Shown: positions 1-8,574 of the stretch, piece by piece
How positions within the stretch are numbered: position 1 is the stretch's first letter
Layout of the letters: each line of letters begins with the position of its first letter
IMG/VR virus record: IMGVR_UViG_3300037762_000215
Coordinates: 1-32,804 of that record
DNA length: 32,804 nucleotides
Strand: one strand, 5' to 3'
Origin: a virus
Lineage: Duplodnaviria; Caudoviricetes
Translations under genes and position numbers: made by a program
Notes under the pieces: generated by a model
Databases searched by the model: none
Told to the model about the DNA's origin: nothing
What the model saw: only the letters and a program-made list of their open reading frames with translations

Positions 1-52
1 GGCCCAGGATCGGGGCCGGAGGGGGTCCCCCCCACCCCTGCATCGTCGCAGG

Positions 53-478
53 TCAGAAGGGTGGCGTGTCAGGTGTTGCGGTGCCGTCCGGTGTCGTGGG
101 CTCGGTGTCGATGAGTCCTGGATGGCTCGGTCTTGGCCGGTCGCGGCCGGGCGCTTGGCGTCTGGCGTCGGCGGCCTGGCGGGCGGTGCGCCCGGCGTGG
201 TGCCAGTGGCATAGGGCGCGGAGGTTGTCCAGGCGGTGGTCGGTGGGGTCGCCGATGTGGTCGACCTCTAGGTCCTGCGTGCTGCCGCAGGGCTGGCCGT
301 CGGTGTCGTCCTCGGTCCATCTGCAGGAGACATCACGGGCCAGGATGCGTTGGACGCGGGCGGGCCAGTCGACGGGGCGGGGGGTTGTGCGCCACTGCCC
401 GGGGGACTCGACGCGGTCCCGGGGATTGGATTGCAGTCGGCGGCGAGGGGGCGGGGGTGTTCTGCGCGGGCCTGCCAC
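53..478 (-). CDS. HNH endonuclease (packaging-associated type)
   Basis: RD.xC...C...EVDHI...NLRALCHWHH motif. GTG at 478 with G-rich RBS chosen as start (uncertain). Position typical of the HNH just before cos/terminase. Confidence 0.85.
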   Translation of the reverse strand: MAGPRRTPPPPRRRLQSNPRDRVESPGQWRTTPRPVDWPARVQRILARDVSCRWTEDDTDGQPCGSTQDLEVDHIGDPTDHRLDNLRALCHWHHAGRTARQAADARRQAPGRDRPRPSHPGLIDTEPTTPDGTATPDTPPF

Positions 479-506
479 GGAACACCCCCCAGGCGTGTAT
501 CGCTGG

Positions 507-989
507 CTACTTCTCCTCGGCAGCGAGGTTGTCCAACTGTCTGTTGATCTTGTCCATGAAGGGCCCGCTGGAGGGGACGTCGTCGGTCCTCCAGCTGAGG
601 ACGAAGCGTCCTGCCGCATGCTGCGGTCGGCTATCGGACACCTCGCTCATGGCCTTGGCGCGTGTTGCGGCAGCCTCCGGGCTCTTCATCTCGTAGATGA
701 TCACCCGGTCGGTGTCGATCCGGCCGATCTCAGCGTTCGGGTGGTCCGACTTCTCGATTGGCTTCTCGGTCTGCTTGCCGAGTTGGCCCTCCCCGTTGAG
801 CTCGCTGGCCACCTGGTGAACATCGAGATCCTGGCCGCTGCTGCCGGCTTTCGCCGAGTCAGCCGATTTGGCGCTGGCGGCAGAGCTGTCACTGCTCTCG
901 TTCACGGTTTCGATGGCGCACGCGGTGAGCGTGAAGAGGAGAAGGGCGGCCGCCGTGGTCGCGGCGGCGGTGGTGTGTCGGTTTCGCAT
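507..989 (-). CDS. Lipoprotein
   Basis: MRNRH + hydrophobic stretch + lipobox LTAC, then a Ser/Ala-rich linker and a small globular domain. Confidence 0.75.
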   Translation of the reverse strand: MRNRHTTAAATTAAALLLFTLTACAIETVNESSDSSAASAKSADSAKAGSSGQDLDVHQVASELNGEGQLGKQTEKPIEKSDHPNAEIGRIDTDRVIIYEMKSPEAAATRAKAMSEVSDSRPQHAAGRFVLSWRTDDVPSSGPFMDKINRQLDNLAAEEK

Positions 990-1018
990 GCCGTGCACCG
1001 TGGCGGTAGTGGACGGGG

Positions 1019-1315
1019 TTACGGGTGCGTACGGGTTGGTTGTGACGGGGCTGTGATGATCTGAATGCCGACCAGGCGGAGCGCGCGGGGGCGGGTGGCC
1101 AGCTCGGCGCGGGCGAGGTCGGCGTGTGTGTACAGGGGGTGGCCGTGTGCGTCGAGGCCTGCGATGGGGAGGTGGCCGCGGGTGCGCCATTTGCAGATGG
1201 CGGAGCGGCTGACGGTGGCGGCGTCGGCGCTGAGGTGGCGGCGCCACTTGGTGGCGAGTGCTGCGGCCTGGGTGCCGTTGTAGAGGAGGCGGGTCAATGG
1301 TGCCTCCCCGGACAT
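1019..1315 (-). CDS. MerR-like/excisionase-like HTH DNA-binding protein
   Basis: VSRSAICKWRTRGHL...GHPLYTHADL resembles the MerR-type HTH-wing of actinophage late-region proteins. Confidence 0.6.
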   Translation of the reverse strand: MSGEAPLTRLLYNGTQAAALATKWRRHLSADAATVSRSAICKWRTRGHLPIAGLDAHGHPLYTHADLARAELATRPRALRLVGIQIITAPSQPTRTHP

Positions 1316-1376
1316 GCGTCAGCCCCCGGCGGTACGGGGGCTGTTGTGGTCTGGGCACAGGTGTGCTGCTGGCACC

Positions 1377-1405
1377 ATGTTGACGCTACGCGCCGATCTT
1401 GGCAA
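1377..1405 (-). promoter_or_regulatory. Possible sigma70-type promoter (TTGCCA-N17-CAACAT)
   Basis: Minus-strand -35/-10-like hexamers with a 17-bp spacer in the intergenic gap downstream of a strong hairpin. Confidence 0.35.
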
Positions 1406-1429
1406 GCGGCGCGTTGTGCGGGGTGTGCG

Positions 1430-1466
1430 TACGGGCCGCCCTGGACTGAGAACAGGGCGGCCCGTA
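1430..1466 (-). terminator. Hairpin, probable terminator of the early operon
   Basis: 14-bp perfect inverted repeat TACGGGCCGCCCTG / CAGGGCGGCCCGTA with a 9-nt loop. Confidence 0.6.
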
Positions 1467-1554
1467 GGGCTCCTGTGTGAAGCGCCGACTCGGGCTCAGG
1501 AGCGATAGATGCGGGTCCAGTGTGACAGCGCGGTCTGACAGAAGCTCATGGCCG

Positions 1555-2298
1555 TCATTGGTCGCGATAGCGGGGTGGTGTGGTCATGGCGGATCTCCTG
1601 GTCTTGTGGGCGGCGACGATGATGGTAAGGGCGGTGCGGTAGAGGGCGGGGAGGACTTCGGCGGCGTGCTCGGCGTATTCGTCGGGGGTGAGGAGCCGTC
1701 CGCATAGTCCGCAGTCGATCCAGGGCTGCCAGTCCTCCTCGGTGAGGGCGAAGGCGGCGCAGCCGGGGCATGGTGCGTCGAGGGGGCGCCGGCGGGGTTG
1801 GGTGTGGGTGATGGCGCGGACGCGGCGGATGAGGTCGTGGAGCTCGGTGTGCATCTCGGCGATCCAGTGGTGGGTGCAGGCCCAGGTGAGGTGCGCGGCG
1901 AGGTAGTTGATGTGCTCGCTGGGGCGTAGCGGGCCGGGGAGCGCCGTGGCGCGCTCGTCGGCCAGGAACGCGGCCCAGGTGTGGAGGCAGGCCGGGAGCG
2001 GGACGGGGCCGGTCTGGTCGTGGTGGGGGTCGTGTACGGGGCCGGGGGCGGCGGGGCCGAGGAGGGTGAGGACGTCTTCTCGTAGGGGCATGGGTGCGTG
2101 TGCGCGGCCGCCGTGTCCCCTACCGTCGCCGTAGGTTGTGCGGCGGTCTTGCTCCAGGGAGGCCTCGAGGAGGACGAGTTGGTGGGGGATCTCCCGGAGC
2201 CATGCGCGTATCCGGTCTTCGCACCGTGCGCATGCGGTGCGGTGCGCTTCCTGGGGGCGCAGTGTGCGTCTGCAGGTGGGGATGGTGCAGTTACTCAC
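1555..2298 (-). CDS. Zn-finger phage protein (possible late-gene regulator)
   Basis: CxxxxC and CxxC at the N-terminus, CPGC...CGLC at the C-terminus; last gene of the early operon. Confidence 0.7.
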   Translation of the reverse strand: MSNCTIPTCRRTLRPQEAHRTACARCEDRIRAWLREIPHQLVLLEASLEQDRRTTYGDGRGHGGRAHAPMPLREDVLTLLGPAAPGPVHDPHHDQTGPVPLPACLHTWAAFLADERATALPGPLRPSEHINYLAAHLTWACTHHWIAEMHTELHDLIRRVRAITHTQPRRRPLDAPCPGCAAFALTEEDWQPWIDCGLCGRLLTPDEYAEHAAEVLPALYRTALTIIVAAHKTRRSAMTTPPRYRDQ

Positions 2299-2665
2299 GG
2301 TCGGCCTTGCCGCGGGTGCGCTGGATACCGGCGATGACGGCGGGGTGTTCGAGGAGTGTGGGGATGGAGGGCTTGCCCTTGCGGCGGCTGGTCCTGTCCT
2401 CGCCTTTGAGGAGCATGCCGAGGTCGTCGAAGCTCTTGGTGACTTTCTCGACGCTGCGCCGCATGGCCTCGTCGGTGGTCTTGCTCAGTTGGTCGACTCG
2501 TTTCTTCACTTCGGCTTCGAAGAGTTCGTCGGTGAGGAGTGGGATGAGTTTGCGGGCGGTTTTGATCTCGTAGCGGAGGTCTTTGAGGGTTCCTCGGGCT
2601 TCGCTGATCTCGGCGCGTAGCTGGTCGCGGATCTGCGTGAGGTCCTCGGTGGGAATGTCGGTCAC
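2291..2665 (-). CDS. Hypothetical coiled-coil protein
   Basis: GTG start with GAGGAGG RBS, overlaps both neighbours, helical heptad composition. Confidence 0.7.
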   Translation of the reverse strand: MTDIPTEDLTQIRDQLRAEISEARGTLKDLRYEIKTARKLIPLLTDELFEAEVKKRVDQLSKTTDEAMRRSVEKVTKSFDDLGMLLKGEDRTSRRKGKPSIPTLLEHPAVIAGIQRTRGKADRE

Positions 2666-2979
2666 TGCTGCGCCTCCTCGGCAATGATGGCTATGGCTCC
2701 CTGCGCACCTCGGGTGATGCCTTCGCCCGGGTAGAACTGGACCTTGAAGGTCAAGCAGCGTCGGAATCTCGGTCTGCTGAGCATCTGAAAATCGACCATG
2801 ATTTTGGGCGCTTTGGGAGCAAAACACTGCCAGAGAGTCAATCCCAAGACCTCGGCGCTGGCGATGTTTCCCTCGATGCCTTCTACAAGCGATGCGGCCG
2901 CGTCAGCATCCCAGGGGCCATCGATTTCCCAGGCAATACTTTCCGAATTTGGATCTTGCTGGACTTCGATGCGAATCAT
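2662..2979 (-). CDS. Hypothetical protein (lower GC, possibly recently acquired)
   Basis: ATG at 2979 after GGAAAG; GTGA overlap with the downstream gene; visibly AT-richer codons. Confidence 0.6.
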   Translation of the reverse strand: MIRIEVQQDPNSESIAWEIDGPWDADAAASLVEGIEGNIASAEVLGLTLWQCFAPKAPKIMVDFQMLSRPRFRRCLTFKVQFYPGEGITRGAQGAIAIIAEEAQQ

Positions 2980-3099
2980 GATCGTTCTTTCCGGCCGGGG
3001 GGTCAGGGTCACTTGTACTGGCGGGTAGGGGTGGTGTCTCGCGCGCGCACGCGTGCCTGCGATTGCGCGCGCGTGAACGCAGGCACGCGCGAGATGGGG

Positions 3100-4557
3100 T
3101 CAGTGCTCCGTGGTGGTGGCGGCGAGCAGGTCTTGGATGTTGTGGTGGACGGGGATGCCGAGTTGTTCGGCGAGTGCGGTTTCGCGGTCGGCGCCGGGGC
3201 TGTGTCCGGGGAGGCGGAGGACCGCGTCGGCGGCTTGGAGCCAGGTGAGGTCGACGCCGAGCCATGCTTCGTAGGGGTGGTCGGTGGTCTGGATCCAGGG
3301 GTGTTTGAGGTGGGGCACCAGTGGCGCGTGGCCTGCGGTGAGCAGGGCGTCGGCCGCTTGGATGGCGGCTTGGATGCTGCGCTCGGGGTCGGCGCTGTAG
3401 GGGCCGGACACGTACACGCGCAGCGGGGCCAGCGCGTCGAGGTTGGCCTGTGCCTCCCGCTCGTCGTGCTCCTCGTCGGTGAGGCGTAGCGCCAGGACGG
3501 ACGTGTGGGTCCGGATCCGGCGGTATTTCACGTCGGTGGTGTGGCCGTCCCAATGAGCGCGCGGATCGTCTGCGGGGACGTGCTCGACGCGGGCGAACAG
3601 GGCGGCGTCGGAGGGTGCGATGTGCCAGGAGCATTGCCAGCCGCCGAGCGTGAGGTAGGCGATCTGCCAGCCGGGCTCGTCGACGTCGGGCGCGGGCGCG
3701 ATGACGGCGCCCTCGGTCATCGCGGCCAGCAGGGCGACCAGGTGGGCGCGTTCGCGGTACGCGCCGTCGCGTTCGGCCCGCAGCTGCTGCATGGTGTGGT
3801 CGCGGATGGTGAGGACGGCGTCGGCGAGGTGGTCGTCCCAGTCCTCGTCAGGCCCTTCGCGCCAGTCCCCGCAGAAGCACGGGTAGTTGTGATCGGCGTC
3901 GGGCTCACCGTCGAGGTTGAGCCAGTGCTCACGCATCGCCGCCGCGTACTGCTCGCGGAGTCCGGTGTCCGGCGCCGTGGTGTGGTCGAGGGCTGCGAGG
4001 ACTGCGTTTGTGATGGCGGGTGCCTCTGCGTAGCCCCAGGTGCCTGATCCGTCGGTGGCGTGCCAGATGCGGGCGGTGTTGATGGCTGCCTCGAGCCGGG
4101 CGCGGAGCTCGGCGTCCGGCTCGGGCGTCTGCTGCTCTGCGGCATACCGCCGCTTCGCTGCCCGGACGATCTCGGCGACGAACTCCTGCTCCTGCTCGGT
4201 GAGGTCGCTGACGCCTCGGATGCGGATCGTCTCGCCGCCGATGTCGACCGTGCGGCACGAGTCGTGCTCGGGCTGCGCCTCTGCGGCCCGGTCCGCGGGT
4301 GGCGTTGGCGGGGTGGGCGGTTGGTCCGGGTCGTCGAGGGCGTCACGGAGCTTTTCTCGTTCTACGTAGTCGGCCATCTCCATGTCGCCGTCGTCCTCGT
4401 CCGTTGCGGTGGCGAGGGCTTGTAGGTGTTCTGCGACGACGCGGCAGGCGCGCTGGTGCTGTTGTACGAACGTCGGCTCGGCCGGTCCGGGGATGGCTAT
4501 GGCGTCCCAGAGGGCGTCGTCGAGTTGGAGAGGCAGGGCGGGGTTGGTGTTGGTCAT
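3100..4557 (-). CDS. Mosaic protein with a WDGH-motif domain and a C-terminal nucleoside 2-deoxyribosyltransferase-like (DUF4406-like) domain
   Basis: AYRER..L...GW...Y......Q.SWH...WDGHTT..KY; C-terminal VYVSGPY...ADAVLRLPGHSPGADRE...A..LGIPV. Confidence 0.75.
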   Translation of the reverse strand: MTNTNPALPLQLDDALWDAIAIPGPAEPTFVQQHQRACRVVAEHLQALATATDEDDGDMEMADYVEREKLRDALDDPDQPPTPPTPPADRAAEAQPEHDSCRTVDIGGETIRIRGVSDLTEQEQEFVAEIVRAAKRRYAAEQQTPEPDAELRARLEAAINTARIWHATDGSGTWGYAEAPAITNAVLAALDHTTAPDTGLREQYAAAMREHWLNLDGEPDADHNYPCFCGDWREGPDEDWDDHLADAVLTIRDHTMQQLRAERDGAYRERAHLVALLAAMTEGAVIAPAPDVDEPGWQIAYLTLGGWQCSWHIAPSDAALFARVEHVPADDPRAHWDGHTTDVKYRRIRTHTSVLALRLTDEEHDEREAQANLDALAPLRVYVSGPYSADPERSIQAAIQAADALLTAGHAPLVPHLKHPWIQTTDHPYEAWLGVDLTWLQAADAVLRLPGHSPGADRETALAEQLGIPVHHNIQDLLAATTTEH

Positions 4558-4787
4558 CGGGTCCTCCTGGTGGGTTGGATGGTGTGGGGGTTGATGAGGC
4601 CGGCGCGGATGGCGAGGGCGACGGCGTGGGTGCGGTCGCGGGCGCCGAGTTGTCGGTAGGCGGTTTGTAGGTGGGTTTTGATGGTTTCGGGGCTGAGGTA
4701 CATGCGGTGGGCGATTTCGGTGTTGGTGTAGCCGTGGGCGGCGAGTTGTACGACTTGGAGGCGGCGGCCGGTGATGGGTTGGTTCAT
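4554..4787 (-). CDS. LuxR-family HTH protein (stand-alone)
   Basis: AHGYTNTEIAHRMYLSPETIKTHLQTAYRQLGARDRTHAVALA. Confidence 0.9.
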   Translation of the reverse strand: MNQPITGRRLQVVQLAAHGYTNTEIAHRMYLSPETIKTHLQTAYRQLGARDRTHAVALAIRAGLINPHTIQPTRRTR

Positions 4788-5089
4788 CGTTGCCACCGGA
4801 CGGGTCGTGTGCCGATGCGGTATCGGTTGGTGCGGCGTGGTTGGCGTGGTTGTGGGTGGGTGCAGGTGGCGGGGTGGGGCATGGCTTGCCATTCGGTGTG
4901 TTCGAGGGTGGGGCGTTCGTTGCTGAGGTGGCGGGAGCGGAGGGTGCCGATGCCGTCGGTGTAGCAGGCCATGTTTCCTGCGGGGTTGGGTGTGGGGTCG
5001 ATGTACAGGCGGCGGCCTTTGGCGGTGATGGTGAGCAGGACGGGCCGGCCGCAGACGTGGCAGGGAGTCGTGTGGTGGGTGCTGGGCAT
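4784..5089 (-). CDS. Hypothetical Zn-binding phage protein
   Basis: CHVC...IDPTP...GN...H.ATC pattern; AAGGAG RBS. Confidence 0.7.
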   Translation of the reverse strand: MPSTHHTTPCHVCGRPVLLTITAKGRRLYIDPTPNPAGNMACYTDGIGTLRSRHLSNERPTLEHTEWQAMPHPATCTHPQPRQPRRTNRYRIGTRPVRWQR

Positions 5090-5100
5090 CGGGTCTCCTT

Positions 5101-6387
5101 TCAGGTGCCGGTGGGGTGTAAGGCGGGGCCGGGCGCAGCGGTATTTGGTGGGTGTGCGGTGCGGCGGTCGGTGGCGATGTCCGCGCAGACGTGGCAGCGG
5201 CGGCCGGTGGTCCACAGACGGCCGGTTTCGCAGTCGGTCAGTCCGCAGCCGTAGCGGGGCAGGGCGGCGCCCAGGAGCCACCGTCCGGGGTCGGTGATGG
5301 TCTCGCCCGGGGTGCGGGCGCAGCGGGCCTGGAGGCGGGCGTGGAGCCGTTGGGGGGTGGCGTAGGTGTCGAGCTGGTGGCCGATCTCGTGGGCGATGCG
5401 GCGCAGGAGGTACGGGCTGATGCCGGGCAGCAGGTGGTGGACGGGCTGCAGGACGGTCCAGATGCGGGGCGAGAGGGCCAGCTGGGGCCCGGTGTACGCG
5501 GCGGGCACGGCCCCGGCACCTACTGATCTGGGAACCACTGGTAGATCACTGGTAGTTACCGACGAGTTATCCACAGGGTCGGGCCGGTAACTACCGGTAT
5601 CTCGCCTACGGCGGATGTCACCACCCAGCTCCGTCTTCTCACCGTCAGTCAGTCCAGGGTCTTCCTTGATCGCGAGGGATCCGCCATCTGGGTCCAGACC
5701 CGATCCGCCATCTGGGTGCGGAGCGACGGGGTCGGGGACAGGGTGTAGAGGGTGGTCGTGGACGGTGATCTGATGGCGTCCCTGGCGGCCCGTGCGCCGG
5801 TCGATGGTGATCCAGCCCAGGTCCTGAAGCTCGTCGGCCAGGCGGCGCGCGGACCGCTCGGTGACGTCCAGGAGCGCTCCGAGCTCGGCGGCCGTCACCG
5901 GGGTGTTCGTAGCCTCGGCGTAGGTGAGGGCGCAGTACAGGACGAACAGGATCGGACGCAGGGCCTTGGCCGCGCCGATGGGCACGTATGCGAAGTGCTC
6001 ACCGGATCCGGGACGGCGCATGCGGCGCTCGGCGCTCTCGCCGGTCCCTCCGTCGGCGGTGTGCCGGATCACCGTCATTTCCGGGACGCCGTCCGGTCCC
6101 GGGGCGGCGAGTTCGGCCAGATGGCGTTCGGCGGTGCGCTTGCCGTCGCCCATGTAGCCGGCGAGCGTGGCGACCATGGCGCGGCAGTGGCGGCCACGCT
6201 GGTCCAAAGCGATGACCTGAGCGGCGTAGCGGACCGCGCCGTGCGAGTAATGCCCGCTGCCCCACACCCGCTTGGCCAGCTTGATCTTCTGCCCGTGCCA
6301 CGACGGAATGGCTTCTGCCCGGCTCACGCCACCGGCCCCACCACGGCTGTGGTGGGGCTCGACGGCGGACGCAGGCAGGAATGGCAT
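5101..6387 (-). CDS. Putative replication initiator (tandem winged-helix, C-terminal Cys cluster)
   Basis: Two HTH-like segments (VATLAGYMG..KRTAERHLAEL; TAAELGALLDVTERSARRLADELQDLGWI), a low-complexity linker with DNA repeats and a C-terminal C...C...CxxC; TGATG overlap with the upstream gene. Confidence 0.65.
   Translation of the reverse strand: MPFLPASAVEPHHSRGGAGGVSRAEAIPSWHGQKIKLAKRVWGSGHYSHGAVRYAAQVIALDQRGRHCRAMVATLAGYMGDGKRTAERHLAELAAPGPDGVPEMTVIRHTADGGTGESAERRMRRPGSGEHFAYVPIGAAKALRPILFVLYCALTYAEATNTPVTAAELGALLDVTERSARRLADELQDLGWITIDRRTGRQGRHQITVHDHPLHPVPDPVAPHPDGGSGLDPDGGSLAIKEDPGLTDGEKTELGGDIRRRRDTGSYRPDPVDNSSVTTSDLPVVPRSVGAGAVPAAYTGPQLALSPRIWTVLQPVHHLLPGISPYLLRRIAHEIGHQLDTYATPQRLHARLQARCARTPGETITDPGRWLLGAALPRYGCGLTDCETGRLWTTGRRCHVCADIATDRRTAHPPNTAAPGPALHPTGT
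5536..5717. other. Putative replication origin inside the initiator gene
   Basis: TTATCCACA (5567-5575) flanked by an 11-bp inverted repeat (5551-5561/5585-5595); CACTGGTAG x2 (5536, 5547); GATCCGCCATCTGGGT x2 (5678, 5702). Confidence 0.55.
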
Positions 6388-6629
6388 CAGGCAGCCAGCC
6401 CCCGGCACCAGCGGCGGTCAGAGCGGTGGGCGGCCTTGGCCACTTCGACCTGAGCCGGGTCGGTCACATCGGCGTCAGCGGTCCTGGTGTCACAGCGGTC
6501 ACAGATCCACGGCAGGCGCTTCTCGCCCTTGAGCACGGCGCAGACTATGCAGCTGCAGCCCGGCGTCGGGGATGGACAACGACGCCAAACCTTCCTGGTG
6601 CCCTTATGGCGCGGTCTGCTCTTTGGCAT
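6387..6629 (-). CDS. Small Cys-rich hypothetical protein
   Basis: Multiple CxC/CxxC motifs; fills the operon with overlaps on both sides. Confidence 0.55.
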   Translation of the reverse strand: MPKSRPRHKGTRKVWRRCPSPTPGCSCIVCAVLKGEKRLPWICDRCDTRTADADVTDPAQVEVAKAAHRSDRRWCRGLAA

Positions 6630-6858
6630 CGGTCAGCTCCTGGTCGTCTGGGCCGGGGATGGTGTAGGTGGCGCCGCAGGGGCCGGTGCGGATTCCGGGC
6701 AGGATGTGGCGGTGGATCTGGCCGCAGCCGCCGGGCCCGTCGCAGTGGACGGTGTATTCGGTGCGGCCGCTGGTGACGATCAGATCGGCGGGGACGGCTG
6801 CGGGGCCGCCCCACCGCGGGGGGTCCTCGGGCAGCAGCGATAACTGCGTCGTGCTCAT
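6604..6858 (-). CDS. Small hypothetical protein
   Basis: ATGA overlap with the upstream gene; C....GCG.IH.H...C motif; TTA at codon 6. Confidence 0.55.
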   Translation of the reverse strand: MSTTQLSLLPEDPPRWGGPAAVPADLIVTSGRTEYTVHCDGPGGCGQIHRHILPGIRTGPCGATYTIPGPDDQELTDAKEQTAP

Positions 6859-7379
6859 GGATGTGTTCCGGGTGGGGTGTGGTCGGGCGGGATGTGCAAG
6901 TCGATGGAGTAGCGGCCGTTGCCGGGCCATGCGCCGGTGAGGTCCGTGCGCGAGATCCAGCCCGTTCCCTGCAGCGTCCGCAGCGAGTTGTGGGTCTGGC
7001 CGGTGTGCAGGCCGGTAGCGGCGGTCATATGGGCGATGGACGGGCACCGGCGTCGGGGGATACGTCCGGTCGGCGTATCCCAGGTGGCCAGGGACGACAG
7101 GGTCAGGGCCATCAGCCGGTCGATGGGATGCAGGCCGGAGTAGCGGATGCCCCGCTCATACAGGGCACGGTGCCCGCGTACAGCAGCCGGCGGCTGCGAC
7201 GCGGCAGCGCGCGGCAGCGCGGTCTGGGCGGCGGACCAGTGCCGCCGGTCAGCGAGCCGGGCAACATCCATCGGCGTGGGCCTGGCGTCAGCCACCAGTC
7301 GCTTCCTCTCTGCGAGTCGGAGCCCTGCGGGTGTGGGCGGGCCGCCCCGGGGGGTGGGCGGGGCGGGCCGCCCGGTCAT
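6855..7379 (-). CDS. Winged-helix (HTH_36-like) DNA-binding protein
   Basis: RLMALTLSSLA...PSIAHMTAATGL....HNSLRTLQGTGWI. Confidence 0.7.
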   Translation of the reverse strand: MTGRPAPPTPRGGPPTPAGLRLAERKRLVADARPTPMDVARLADRRHWSAAQTALPRAAASQPPAAVRGHRALYERGIRYSGLHPIDRLMALTLSSLATWDTPTGRIPRRRCPSIAHMTAATGLHTGQTHNSLRTLQGTGWISRTDLTGAWPGNGRYSIDLHIPPDHTPPGTHP

Positions 7380-7723
7380 CAGACCGCTCCGGAACGGCCG
7401 CCGTACGTGAACGGGATCTCGTGCACGGCCTTGGCGCGCACGACGGGCACGGGCTCAGGCGTGCCATCCGCCGTGCGGTAGCGCACGGCGATCGCTTCAG
7501 GCGCCGTGCCGCGGGGCACGTCGCCGTAGTCCCACGCACGGCGATAGGCGTCCGCAAGGAGCTGCACGGCGCGGTGCACGGCGGCCGTGCGGTCGAGCTT
7601 CTTGCCATCCGGCTGCACGGTGCCGGTGAGCACGGCGAGATCGTCCGTAAAGTCGGCTGTCGTGCGTACGGTCAAATTCTTCGTGCGCGTCGTGCGCTGC
7701 GCGTTGTGCGCCGTGCCGGTCAC
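7379..7723 (-). CDS. Hypothetical protein, possibly ribbon-helix-helix
   Basis: NLTVRTTADFTDDLAVL...TAAVHRAVQLLA; GTGA overlap at the start. Confidence 0.6.
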   Translation of the reverse strand: MTGTAHNAQRTTRTKNLTVRTTADFTDDLAVLTGTVQPDGKKLDRTAAVHRAVQLLADAYRRAWDYGDVPRGTAPEAIAVRYRTADGTPEPVPVVRAKAVHEIPFTYGGRSGAV

Positions 7724-8487
7724 AGCTCGCTTTCCTGCCCGTGCTTCGCGGCGGCCGAGCTCTCCGGGTCGGCGGGCGCCTGCTCCTGGGCGGCACGCTG
7801 CTCGGCGAGCTGCTTGCGGTGCTCCTGCTTGGGTTCCAGCAGCACGAACTGCAGGGCGCCCTCGGCGAGCCACCCATAGGCGTAGGCGGCATCCGGCAGG
7901 CCCTGGGCGTGCTCCGATTCCCGGAACATCTCGGCAGCCTCGTGGTCGGCGACGTAGTCACGGCCGGCCAGGTCCTCGGCGTGCTCTCCGGCCACGTCCA
8001 TGGACAGGACCAGTTCGTACACCGCGGCGATCTTCTTGGCGTTGATGTAGTTGCCGAGGCCGCCGATCTTGTAGTCGCCGGGAATGGGATCCCGGTCCTC
8101 GTCGAGCGGGAAGAGCACCTGCTCCGGCTGATCTCCGGCCTGCACTTGGGCGATCGCCCAGGCCGCGCCGGAGGCGAACAGCAGGGCCGCGTGCTCGTAC
8201 CTGCGGCGGGTGAGGAAGCCGTGCTCCATGTAGATCTTCTGCAGGTCGAACACGGCGTGCTCGTGCGGCCCCCGCTTGCGGGGCTTGGAGTCCCAGCCGC
8301 GGGCCGCGGGCCCATGGACGGCGATCTTGCCCTCGTGGAGGTTGCGGCGCTCCAGGTCGACGCCGGCCTCGAGGAGGCTGGCGTTCTTGTCGGCGATCTG
8401 CCACTCGTGGGCGGCCTCCCCGAGGGCGCGCACGCTGTCGGTCAGGTGCTCGAACCATGGGGCGTTGGCCGGTGCGAGGTTGTGCAT
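7720..8487 (-). CDS. Hypothetical protein
   Basis: 255-aa ORF with strong GC3 bias and a GGAG RBS. Confidence 0.75.
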   Translation of the reverse strand: MHNLAPANAPWFEHLTDSVRALGEAAHEWQIADKNASLLEAGVDLERRNLHEGKIAVHGPAARGWDSKPRKRGPHEHAVFDLQKIYMEHGFLTRRRYEHAALLFASGAAWAIAQVQAGDQPEQVLFPLDEDRDPIPGDYKIGGLGNYINAKKIAAVYELVLSMDVAGEHAEDLAGRDYVADHEAAEMFRESEHAQGLPDAAYAYGWLAEGALQFVLLEPKQEHRKQLAEQRAAQEQAPADPESSAAAKHGQESEL

Positions 8488-8574
8488 GCGGTACTCCAAA
8501 ATGGGATTGGGGCCGGGCGGGCGGGGCGGATAAGTGCTCTCGTCGCGCCCGCCCGGCAGTCATCAGGGCCGGGA

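Noticed and set aside
1-52. cos site / genome end
   Set aside because: Position after the HNH gene and the G/C runs are suggestive, but no cohesive-end sequence can be defined without terminus data
1316-1554. tRNA or other structured RNA gene in the intergenic gap
   Set aside because: Only simple hairpins; no cloverleaf or T-loop consensus seen
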